A DNA stretch of 64,000 nucleotides from Lentisphaeria bacterium (lineage in GTDB: Bacteria; Verrucomicrobiota; Lentisphaeria; JABSQK01; JAWLHB01). Below are positions 39,658 through 48,215 of this stretch, in pieces (the stretch's first letter is position 1; every line of letters begins with the position of its first letter). The notes below the pieces were generated by a model that saw nothing but the letters and a program-made list of their open reading frames with translations, was not told the origin of the DNA and searched no databases. Made by a program: the position numbers and the translations under genes. The stretch is taken from assembly GCA_041690595.1 (NCBI GenBank), contig JAWLHB010000002.1, positions 62,001-126,000 on the forward strand, given 5' to 3'.

Positions 39658-40490
39658 GCAACGACATTGGCTTCGAGATCTCGCCCGGCGTAGGGCTTGG
39701 CGATGCGTATCCGCTGCTGGTCATCGCGGGACCGTGCGTCATCGAGAGCGAGGAGCTTTGCCTGGCGGTGGCGGGCCGGATGAAGGAGATCTGCCGGCGG
39801 CTTGGGCTCTCCTATGTCTTCAAGGCAAGCTATGACAAGGCGAACCGGACCAGCGTCACCTCCTTTCGCGGTCCGGGTCTGGAGGCGGGGCTGGAGATTC
39901 TTCGCAAGGTGAAGGAGCTTCACCAAGTACCGATCCTGACGGATGTGCACGACGAGAGCCAGATCGCCGCGGTTGCCAAGGTGGCGGACATCCTGCAGAT
40001 CCCGGCCTTTCTCTGCCGGCAAACCGATCTGCTGGTGGCTGCCGGCGAGAGCGGCTGCGTGGTCAACATCAAGAAGGGGCAGTTCACGGCACCGCAGGAC
40101 ATGGAGCGGGCAGCCGCCAAGGTCATGAGCACGGGCAACCGGCGCGTCTGCCTCACGGAACGGGGCACCACCTTCGGTTATCACAACCTCGTGGTGGACA
40201 TGCGATCGCTGCCGATCATGCGGGGCTTCGGCCTGCCGGTCATCTTCGATGCCACCCACTCGGTGCAGCTGCCCAGCGGCCAGGGCGGCTCCTCGGGCGG
40301 TCAACGCGAGTTCATCGCGCCCCTCCTTCGCGGCACGCTGGCGGTCGGCGTCGACGGGCTCTTCATGGAAACTCATCCCGCGCCGGAGCAGGCCCTCTGC
40401 GACGGCCCAAACTCCATGCCTCTCGACGAGATCGAGGAGCTTCTCACTTCAGGACGTGACATTCATGAGCTTGTCCGCAAGAGCCGCTAA
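39654..40490 (+). CDS. kdsA: KDO 8-phosphate synthase
   Basis: IAGPCVIE, FKASYDKANRTS, QIPAFLCRQTDL, KKGQF, DATHSVQ, ALCDG. Confidence 0.97.
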   Translation: MSNDIGFEISPGVGLGDAYPLLVIAGPCVIESEELCLAVAGRMKEICRRLGLSYVFKASYDKANRTSVTSFRGPGLEAGLEILRKVKELHQVPILTDVHDESQIAAVAKVADILQIPAFLCRQTDLLVAAGESGCVVNIKKGQFTAPQDMERAAAKVMSTGNRRVCLTERGTTFGYHNLVVDMRSLPIMRGFGLPVIFDATHSVQLPSGQGGSSGGQREFIAPLLRGTLAVGVDGLFMETHPAPEQALCDGPNSMPLDEIEELLTSGRDIHELVRKSR

Positions 40491-40986
40491 GATCAAGGCC
40501 GTCATCTGCGATGTCGATGGCGTGATGACGGATGGAGCCATCGGCTTCTCCGCGCAGGGAATCGTCAAGTTCTTTAACGTGCGGGATGGCCATGCCATCA
40601 AGATGGCGCTCCGGGCGGGGCTGCTGGTAGGCGTGCTGAGCGGCAGGGACGATGCGGTGACGCGGCAGCGTGCCGAGGAATTGGGGATGTCCTTCATCCA
40701 CGTTGGCCAGAAGCGCAAGCTGGACGCCTTCGCGAAGATCCTGGAGGAGTTCGCCCTGGAGCCGGAGGAGTGCTGCTATGTGGGAGATGACGTGGTGGAC
40801 ATACCGGTGATGCGCCAGGTGGGGCTGGCGGTCTGCGTTGCCGATGCAGATCCGGAGTTGCAACCCTACAGTCACTGGCGTACGGAGCTGGGCGGCGGCC
40901 GCGGCGCCGTGCGCGAGGTGCTCTTCCGCCTCCTGCGAGAACAGAACAAGTGGCAGGAAGCGATGGCCCGCTACGTCGAGGCGTGA
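40465..40986 (+). CDS. kdsC: KDO 8-phosphate phosphatase (HAD family)
   Basis: DVDGVMTDG, FNVRDG, YVGDDVVD, GGRGAVRE. Directly follows kdsA. Confidence 0.93.
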   Translation: MSLSARAAKIKAVICDVDGVMTDGAIGFSAQGIVKFFNVRDGHAIKMALRAGLLVGVLSGRDDAVTRQRAEELGMSFIHVGQKRKLDAFAKILEEFALEPEECCYVGDDVVDIPVMRQVGLAVCVADADPELQPYSHWRTELGGGRGAVREVLFRLLREQNKWQEAMARYVEA

Positions 40987-40996
40987 AACCCCGCCG

Positions 40997-42142
40997 TCAG
41001 CCGCGCGCTTCCACCAGCTCGACAATCTTCTCGTAGTTGCGCATGGTCAAGTCGGAGACGATGCGGCCGTATGGCGCGGCGGAGGGCATCAGAACGAAGC
41101 CGCGGCCGTCGCCAGCGGTTCCTTCATCGAGGGCACGCTGGACCCGCTCCGCGAACTGGGGCGTGGGCATGGTCTCGATGTCGGAGATCTCCAGATTGCC
41201 GAAGAGGACCAGTTGCCGGCCATAGTTCTGGCGGACATAGGCGAGGGAGACGTCCCCTTGATTGGGAGGCTCGATGGGGTCGAGCCCATCGCATCCGGTC
41301 GAGGCGATGTGGTCGAGGATCGACTTCAGGCGACCATGGGAGTGCACCCGCACGTATCCGCCGCCGCGATGGATGATGTCGGTCATTTCGCGCACGTAAG
41401 GGACTACGTACTCGGCGAAGAGACGTGGCGGCAGGTAGGGAGGCGAGGCGTACTCGGGGCCGTAGATGCGCCAGAGATAGCCGGGCATGGCCTCGGCAAT
41501 GGCTTCGACCCGGGGCAGCAGCCAGTCGGCACACTTGTCGAGCGCCTGCTTGAAGAGCTCCGGCTCGGTCAGGGCGATAATGGTGTAGTCCTCCATGCTG
41601 AAGAGGGGGGCCACCATGCAGAGCGGGTCGCAGGTGTCGAGAATCACCAGGCCGGTTTCGCCAATCTCGCGTTCCATCTCCCGGGTCGGCCCGGGGTCGA
41701 CATCGGTGGGAGGTGCGCCGATCGGCAGATCGAGCCAGGCTTTGAAATCGTCGAGATCCTTGAGAAGATGTTCGAGGCACCAGGAGGTGTTGATGTCGGG
41801 ATCGCGGCGGGAATGAGTGGTGAGGGTGCGCGAGCCGGCCTGGATGGTGCTGCGCGAATGACGGCTGCCGTTGTCGTCTTCCCATTCGGTAACGGTGGTC
41901 AGCTCGGCCAGAGGGTCCGGAGGGGTGGTCCGATAGCCGACGCGGCCAAAGACCATGCGATCGGTCTTCTCGCGGGCGAGGTCGAGGAGGGGCTGCCAGG
42001 AGGGATCCGAGAAGACGTTGTGGGAATCGGAATCGGTGGGATCTTCGCTGTAGCCATTGATCTCGTAGAAGGAGACCGGTGGCCGATCGACGGGCTCACC
42101 GCGCATCGAGCGGAGCAGCCGCTCACGTCGCGTCATGGACAT
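40997..42142 (-). CDS. Uroporphyrinogen decarboxylase family protein
   Basis: MTRRERLL...VDRPP, RVHSHG, DGLDPIEPP, LFGNL, GFVLMPS. Confidence 0.8.
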   Translation of the reverse strand: MSMTRRERLLRSMRGEPVDRPPVSFYEINGYSEDPTDSDSHNVFSDPSWQPLLDLAREKTDRMVFGRVGYRTTPPDPLAELTTVTEWEDDNGSRHSRSTIQAGSRTLTTHSRRDPDINTSWCLEHLLKDLDDFKAWLDLPIGAPPTDVDPGPTREMEREIGETGLVILDTCDPLCMVAPLFSMEDYTIIALTEPELFKQALDKCADWLLPRVEAIAEAMPGYLWRIYGPEYASPPYLPPRLFAEYVVPYVREMTDIIHRGGGYVRVHSHGRLKSILDHIASTGCDGLDPIEPPNQGDVSLAYVRQNYGRQLVLFGNLEISDIETMPTPQFAERVQRALDEGTAGDGRGFVLMPSAAPYGRIVSDLTMRNYEKIVELVEARG

Positions 42143-43265
42143 GGGCAACAACCTCTGGCTGGGAATGTATCTCGTTCGCTGGGCCATAGCTGCAGAAGGG
42201 TTCGGGGGCGAGATAATCGCCGGTCATGGCGTAAGCTCTGGCACGCGAACCGCCGCAGAGTTCGCGATGGCTGCACGCGCCGCACATCCCCTTGAGCAGG
42301 GAGGCGTCGCGCAGCTCGCGAAAGAGCGGGTGATCGCGGTAGATATCGATGATCGACGTCTCCCGCACATTGCCGGCGACGATGGGGAGGAAGCCGCTGG
42401 GGGTGACATCGCCGACGTGATCGACGAAGCAGAAACCCTTACCGGAATTGACGCCGAGCAGGGCACGGCCGGCGCGGCCACGCTGACCATGGTGAACGCT
42501 GCCGATGGCGCCCCCCTTCATCCGCAGCGAAGCGCCATGCTGGACCGAGCGCTGCGCGGAGACGTAGACCCGGTAATGGGGCGCTTCCGTCACCTTGATG
42601 ACAAAGTCCACCTTGCGACTCAGCGTGTAGAGTTTGGCGAAGAGGGCCTCATACTGCTCCGTGGTGCTGTTGGCGACGACGCTGCCGCGGCCGGTGGGCA
42701 CGAGAAAGAAGACCTCCCAGAAGACGACGCCGAGATCCTGAACCAGCTGCGCCAGTTCATCGAACTCATCGGTATTCCAGGCAGCAAAGACGGTGTTGAT
42801 CTGCAGGGGCATGCCGACCTCGTGGGCCCAGCGTGCCGCAGCCATTGCCTTGGCGAAGGAGCCGGGGACGCCGCGGAAGCTGTCATGGCGATGCGGGGTG
42901 GAGCCGTCGATGCTGAGGGCCATCTGGTCGAGCCCGGCCTCGCGAAGGGAGCGCACGCGTTCGCGGGTGAGGCGCGGGGTGGTGGCGGGGATGGAGCCGA
43001 CGCGAAGGCCGATGCTCTTGGCGTGGGTGATCAGGACTTCAAGGTCCTGTCGCTGCAGGGGGTCGCCGCCAGTGAAGATGACGAGAGGGGTGCCCATGGC
43101 GCGGGTATCGTCCAGGAGCTTCTTGCCTTCATCCGTGGTCAGCTCGTCGGGATGGCGCTTGTCGATAGCTTCAGCGCGGCAATGGAGACAGGCCAGAGCG
43201 CAGCTTCGGGTGGTTTCCCAGATGAGCAGCAGCGGGGCCTGGTTGAAATCGAGGTCTTGAAACAC
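42123..43265 (-). CDS. Radical SAM/SPASM domain protein (NirJ/AhbC-like group)
   Basis: WETTRSCALACLHCRA, FTGGDPL, SIDG, VPTGRG, C-terminal CGAC...CGGSRARA...EPFC. GTG start after RBS GAGGAGG. Confidence 0.88.
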   Translation of the reverse strand: MFQDLDFNQAPLLLIWETTRSCALACLHCRAEAIDKRHPDELTTDEGKKLLDDTRAMGTPLVIFTGGDPLQRQDLEVLITHAKSIGLRVGSIPATTPRLTRERVRSLREAGLDQMALSIDGSTPHRHDSFRGVPGSFAKAMAAARWAHEVGMPLQINTVFAAWNTDEFDELAQLVQDLGVVFWEVFFLVPTGRGSVVANSTTEQYEALFAKLYTLSRKVDFVIKVTEAPHYRVYVSAQRSVQHGASLRMKGGAIGSVHHGQRGRAGRALLGVNSGKGFCFVDHVGDVTPSGFLPIVAGNVRETSIIDIYRDHPLFRELRDASLLKGMCGACSHRELCGGSRARAYAMTGDYLAPEPFCSYGPANEIHSQPEVVAHVHDAT

Positions 43266-43278
43266 AGAGTGAGCCTCC

Positions 43279-43575
43279 TCAGCCAATTCGGTTACGTGAG
43301 GTCGGCTCGACCATGTCGGCCGACCATTTGGGCTCCCAAACCAATTCAACGGCAACAGATCGAACGCCGCTCACACTTTGCCGGATCATCGCTTCGGTCA
43401 TGCCGGTAATGTAGCTCGTGAGCGGGCAACTGCGATGTGTCATGCTCATCTGGATACGAACATTCCCCTGATCTTCGAGGATGCCGTAGACCAGGCCGAG
43501 GTCGACGATGTTGACGCCAACCTCTGGGTCGTAGACCTCCTGCAGGGCACAGATGATGTAGGGTACCAGAGACAT
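43279..43575 (-). CDS. Metal-sulfur cluster assembly factor (SufT/DUF59)
   Basis: VYDPEVGVNIVDLGLVY, MTHRSCPL, VELVWEPKW. Confidence 0.9.
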   Translation of the reverse strand: MSLVPYIICALQEVYDPEVGVNIVDLGLVYGILEDQGNVRIQMSMTHRSCPLTSYITGMTEAMIRQSVSGVRSVAVELVWEPKWSADMVEPTSRNRIG

Positions 43576-43790
43576 GCGACCGCGGTGCTGGGGATGGATG
43601 GACAGAAGCTACCGCAAGATCCGTAGCAGGAGCAATGCCATCTTACCTTTCGCCGGCTTAGCCAGCCTCAAATGAAGGCCCAGGAGAGAGGTCTTGGCGC
43701 GAGAAACCGGCGCAAAAAGAGCCCTCTTCGTTTCCGATTACAGCGATCATATCCGAAAACGGAAAGATTTGAGCTGTCGCGCAGGGGCGG

Positions 43791-44324
43791 TCAACTGAAG
43801 GGCCAGGGATGATCGTTGCGGCGATAGCGCCCACCCTCGAAGTCATGAAAGAACATGTTCAGCATCGGGTGACGAATCGGTTCCAGAGAGGTATCGGGCT
43901 GAAGACTGCTTTCGGCCGCGTAGGTGACTTGGGTGGAGCCGTCGACCAGGACATGATACCAGGGCTGATTGCGGGCGGGCTGCGTACGGTTGGATCGGTA
44001 CCACTTCTCGTCCGCCTGGCAACTGAGATCGAAACCGACGATGACGCCGCGGTAGCCGTAGCGGCAATGCTTCACCAGTTGCCCCGGCACGAAACGGCGA
44101 TCACGGCCGATGTTGACCGCGGCTGCGCCCAGGCGGGCAAGGAGGGGCTGAAGGCGTTCGCGGGCGATCTCCTCGATGGGCTCGTCCAATTCCTCAAGGG
44201 CAGCAGGGAGGCTCTCGCCGAACTCTTCGAGACGCGCCAGAACATTCTGCTGGATCTCGGGCGACTCGTCGGCAAGCAGGTTGAGAAGATGAGGAATCTG
44301 GTCACGATCAGGCTTGTCAGTCAT
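43791..44324 (-). CDS. hspQ: HspQ/YccV domain protein with N-terminal helical extension
   Basis: FVPGQLVKHCRYGYRGVIVGFD, QPWYHVLVD, TYAAESSL, IRHP. Start 44324 or 44333. Confidence 0.8.
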   Translation of the reverse strand: MTDKPDRDQIPHLLNLLADESPEIQQNVLARLEEFGESLPAALEELDEPIEEIARERLQPLLARLGAAAVNIGRDRRFVPGQLVKHCRYGYRGVIVGFDLSCQADEKWYRSNRTQPARNQPWYHVLVDGSTQVTYAAESSLQPDTSLEPIRHPMLNMFFHDFEGGRYRRNDHPWPFS

Positions 44325-44464
44325 TGTGGTCATGAGATACTGGGTAGGGATTGGCGAGAGCGGGCCGATGTTGTACTATACCTTCCGGGCGTTCCAGAAA
44401 GCAACGCTCAGCCATGCCCCCACCCCTCTGAGCCGGCACTCCTCCATCCATTTCCAGGTATTCC

Positions 44465-46564
44465 ATGAAAATAGTCTGCTTCGGTGACAGTCTGACGGCG
44501 TGCGGCGGCACCTCCGGCCGCTACAGCGATATTCTCCAGCAGCGCTTTCCCGATCATCACGTCGTCAATCGTGGCAAGGGGGGAGAGACGCTGGCGGAAG
44601 GCTGGGAACGTTTTCAGGAGGATGTCCTGGACGAGCATCCAGACGTGGTGCTCTTCGAGCTGGGAGCATGCGACTGGTGGGCCGACGAACGGTCGCCGGA
44701 AGCATGCGCCGACGATCTGGATGCCTACCTCACCAAGCTGGACGAGGCGGGGGTGAAGAGCATCGTTCTGGGAGTCTTCGGCGATTATCTGGACGAAGCG
44801 GGGAATCGCCGCCCGAAGACGTATGGGACGGATGAGCGCGCAGTTGCCTATCGTGAGCTGGAGGCGGAGATCGCGGAGCGCCATGGCGCTCCGTATATCG
44901 CCAACATCCAGGAGCGCATCATCGGGGATCGCTGCGCCTGGAGCGACCGCAACCACCCCAACGAATACGGCAACCGGCTGGTGGCCAACTGCATCGAGCC
45001 CGAGCTGAAGCGGCTTCTGGGCACCGAACCCTTGCCGATACGCACCGCGGCGCCGAAGACGACGCTCGACTTCTGGCGGGAGGCGGTGGCCTTGCGTCCG
45101 GATCACTGCGCCGTGATCGACGGCGAGCGTCAGCTCACCTATGCGGCGGCGAATGAGCAGGTGGAACGGCTTGCCGCGGGGCTGGCCAGGCTGTCCGGTG
45201 CGACTCGGCCCAAGGTGGCGGTCTACCTGCCGAACTGTCTGGAGTACTATCTGCTCTACTGGGCGCTGGTGCGCCTTGGCGGGACGATCGTGCCGCTGAA
45301 TACATGGCTCAGCGAGGAGAACCTGGCATCGATTTTCGAGCGGGTCCAGCCGGATCTGCTGGTGTGCGAATCGCCGCGCGACCGGCATCTTCTGGCGATA
45401 GCGCCGGCGGGGCTCCCCGTCTGCATGCTGCACGGGGAGAGCGATCATGACTTTGCCGCCCTGGCGGCGACGCCGGAGCGGGCAGCAGAGGTTGATGTGC
45501 AGCCGGACGATCTCGCCATCGTCATGCATACCAGCGGAACGACCGCGGCGCCGAAGGGGGGGATGATGCGTCATCGCGACCTGATCTTCAACGTCATGGC
45601 CGCGATCAACGCGCATCAGTTCTCGCCGGACGATGTGCATCTGCTGGTCAACCCGATGTTTCACTGCACGGCCCTTTACAGCTCGCTGCCGAGCGCGGCT
45701 TACCAGAAGTCGACGCTGGTAATCACCGCGGATACGCATGCGGAGGCCCTTCTGCGGCTGGTTGAGCGCCGGCGCATCACGACCTTTCTGACCATTCCCA
45801 CCATCTGCCAGCGGCTCGTTTCACAGCCGAATCTGCATGCGTTCGATCTGAGCACGCTGCGGATCCTGGCGTACGCCGGATCGATGATGCCGGTCTCGAC
45901 CATCCACCAGTTGCAGAAGAATCTTCCAGAGGTGGAGCTGCACAACTTCTTCGGGCTCACGGAGACAATCTCGATGACGCACGTGCTGACGGGGGAGCAG
46001 GCCGAGGAGCGCCCTGACTCGATCGGGCGGCTGCTGCCATACGTGGAGGCGATCGTGGTGGGGGAGGATGGGCAACGGGCCGCGGCCGGCGAGGTGGGAG
46101 AGCTGCTCTTTGCGCGGGAGAATGTCATTCCCGGCTATTACGGCCGTCCAGGGCTGCTGGAGGAATCGCTGGTGGAGTTGGAAGGTCGAAGCTGGTTCGT
46201 CACGGGGGATCTGGCGAGTATCGACGAGGATGGTTTCTTCTTCATCAAAGGGAGGAAGAAGGACATGATCATCGTGGGGGGCGAGAATGTCTATGCGGCG
46301 GAGGTGGAGGCGATCCTGATGAGCCACGACGGCGTGAAGGAAGCGGCGGTGACGGGGGTGCCGGCAACGGGCATCCGCTCCAGCCTTGGCGAGCTGATCC
46401 ATGCCTTCGTGGTCAAGGGCGATGCCGGGCTGACGGAGCGCGACCTGCGGCGCCACTGTCATCAGCGGCTGGCTTCCTTCAAGATCCCGACCTTCATCAC
46501 CTTTGTGGAGGAGCTGCCCCGGAATCCATCCGGCAAAGTCGTCAAAGCCGAGCTGCCGGTATAG
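44465..46564 (+). CDS. SGNH/GDSL hydrolase fused to AMP-binding acyl-CoA synthetase
   Basis: SGNH blocks FGDSLT, GKGG, LGACD and DRNHP. Adenylation motifs HTSGTTAAPKG, FGLTE, TGD, RKKDMIIVGGENV and PRNPSGKV. Confidence 0.9.
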   Translation: MKIVCFGDSLTACGGTSGRYSDILQQRFPDHHVVNRGKGGETLAEGWERFQEDVLDEHPDVVLFELGACDWWADERSPEACADDLDAYLTKLDEAGVKSIVLGVFGDYLDEAGNRRPKTYGTDERAVAYRELEAEIAERHGAPYIANIQERIIGDRCAWSDRNHPNEYGNRLVANCIEPELKRLLGTEPLPIRTAAPKTTLDFWREAVALRPDHCAVIDGERQLTYAAANEQVERLAAGLARLSGATRPKVAVYLPNCLEYYLLYWALVRLGGTIVPLNTWLSEENLASIFERVQPDLLVCESPRDRHLLAIAPAGLPVCMLHGESDHDFAALAATPERAAEVDVQPDDLAIVMHTSGTTAAPKGGMMRHRDLIFNVMAAINAHQFSPDDVHLLVNPMFHCTALYSSLPSAAYQKSTLVITADTHAEALLRLVERRRITTFLTIPTICQRLVSQPNLHAFDLSTLRILAYAGSMMPVSTIHQLQKNLPEVELHNFFGLTETISMTHVLTGEQAEERPDSIGRLLPYVEAIVVGEDGQRAAAGEVGELLFARENVIPGYYGRPGLLEESLVELEGRSWFVTGDLASIDEDGFFFIKGRKKDMIIVGGENVYAAEVEAILMSHDGVKEAAVTGVPATGIRSSLGELIHAFVVKGDAGLTERDLRRHCHQRLASFKIPTFITFVEELPRNPSGKVVKAELPV

Positions 46565-46586
46565 CCGGCGGGCGGCGCAACCCGGA

Positions 46587-47606
46587 TCAGGTGCGGCGTT
46601 CGGCGATGGCGGTTTCGACGGCGGAGCGGGAAATGGAGAGGGCAATCAGGCCGTCGAGACCGGTGGCGAGATAGCCGGATTCGCCAGTGCGACAGGCTTT
46701 GGCAAAGGCGTCGTACATGCCGGCGAAGTTCTTCTCGGGCGCCCAGGGAAGAAGCTGTGTGCCCTTGTCGTTGCGCAGTTCGAGCAGTTTGGCATTGCGA
46801 TCGTAGCGGATGAGGCCGCGGGTGCCAATGATATCGTAGGTGAAGAGGCTGACTGGCGCGACGGCCGTGTGCGCATAGGAGTAGCTGATCTCGACCATGG
46901 TGTGGGCGCCATTCTCGTGATCCATGTGCAGATAGACGTGATCGGGCGCTTCGTACTCGTCTACCCAGGCGGCAGCGGCATGCCATTCGCTGACTTCGCT
47001 CTGGAGCCAGAAGCGGGCCAGGTCGATCTGGTGGACGCCGCAGTCGACAAGCGGACCGCCTTCGGCCATCCGGTTGTCGCGGCGGGGTGCGGTGACGAGC
47101 TTGCCGTCGGAGGTGGGCAGATACTTGCCGTGACAGCTCCAGATGTAGATGAGGCGCATGGAGCGGACGTCGCCGATGTCGCCATTGGCGATGGCGCGTC
47201 GAATGGCAATGGCGGCGGAGCTGAAGCGATAGTCGAAGCCGGTGAAGAGGTGCACCTTGGCTTCGGCGGCAGTGTCGATCATGCGCCGACCTTCCTCTTC
47301 AGTCATGGCGAGAGGCTTTTCGCAGAGGATGTGCTTGCCGTGCCTGGCCGCGGCGAGGGCGTTCTCGACATGGTAGGGAGCGAGGGAGGTGATGGTAACC
47401 GCCTCGATGTCACTGTTGAGGAAGGCCTCCTGATCGGTGAAGGCGCGGGGGACGTTGAACTTCCGGCGCGCGGCTTCGCAACGGCCTTGATCCGGGTCGA
47501 AGACGGCGGACAAGGTGAAATCGGTGCTCTGTTTCAGTGCGGGCAGATGGCCATAGTCGGCCACCGTACCACATCCCATCAAGCCAATCCTGACCGGTTG
47601 ACTCAT
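46587..47606 (-). CDS. Gfo/Idh/MocA family oxidoreductase
   Basis: IGLMGCG, GKHILCEKPLA, GGPLVDCGVHQID. Confidence 0.93.
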   Translation of the reverse strand: MSQPVRIGLMGCGTVADYGHLPALKQSTDFTLSAVFDPDQGRCEAARRKFNVPRAFTDQEAFLNSDIEAVTITSLAPYHVENALAAARHGKHILCEKPLAMTEEEGRRMIDTAAEAKVHLFTGFDYRFSSAAIAIRRAIANGDIGDVRSMRLIYIWSCHGKYLPTSDGKLVTAPRRDNRMAEGGPLVDCGVHQIDLARFWLQSEVSEWHAAAAWVDEYEAPDHVYLHMDHENGAHTMVEISYSYAHTAVAPVSLFTYDIIGTRGLIRYDRNAKLLELRNDKGTQLLPWAPEKNFAGMYDAFAKACRTGESGYLATGLDGLIALSISRSAVETAIAERRT

Positions 47607-47630
47607 AGAGCTGGCATGCCTTCAAGCTGG

Positions 47631-48086
47631 TTAGTTGAACTCATAGAGAATGTAATCGACCTGAACGGGAGGCGCATCTTCGCTCCCCCCATTGGGCTGG
47701 AGGACCACAACGTAGTTTCCCTTGGGCAGATCGATATCCTGGAGGACCGCGGCCGATTTGTCGAGGGCGCGAGCGACGGCTTCGATGGCCATGAGGGGAT
47801 TCTCTTCCTCGCCGAGGTCCTGGGGATCGAAGTTGTCGATGGCTTCGACATTGAAGAGGAACATGTTGATCCTGCTGTCGGGAGTCATCACCTTTGCTTC
47901 GATCTTGAGCTTGCCGCTGTCCGTGGCCTCAATGGGGATCTCATGCACCTCTTCCCAGGGTATGGTGGCGCTTTCATTGATGAATTCCCGGTAAGAGGGC
48001 TTTCTGCTATAGACAAACCAAGCGATTGTGCCTGCAACCAGAACAACCGCGACAATTGTCTGCACAACGCTTTTTTCTGCGAGCAT
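47631..48086 (-). CDS. Membrane-anchored hypothetical protein
   Basis: N-terminal TM helix followed by an acidic beta-rich domain. RBS GGAG. Confidence 0.65.
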   Translation of the reverse strand: MLAEKSVVQTIVAVVLVAGTIAWFVYSRKPSYREFINESATIPWEEVHEIPIEATDSGKLKIEAKVMTPDSRINMFLFNVEAIDNFDPQDLGEEENPLMAIEAVARALDKSAAVLQDIDLPKGNYVVVLQPNGGSEDAPPVQVDYILYEFN

Positions 48087-48215
48087 ACGAGCAGATCTCC
48101 ATACGTAAGGACTGTGAGAAAGGTGGTTCCGCTCGATGCGGCGGCGGGGCTCTCTTAATGTAGATGCTAGTTGGCGTTAGCCAAACAGGAAGAAAATGAA
48201 AGAGCTTTCGGGGGT

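Noticed and set aside
38905..40986. kdsB-kdsA-kdsC cluster as unusual
   Set aside because: Ordinary LPS housekeeping genes; the absence of kdsD from the cluster is not informative.
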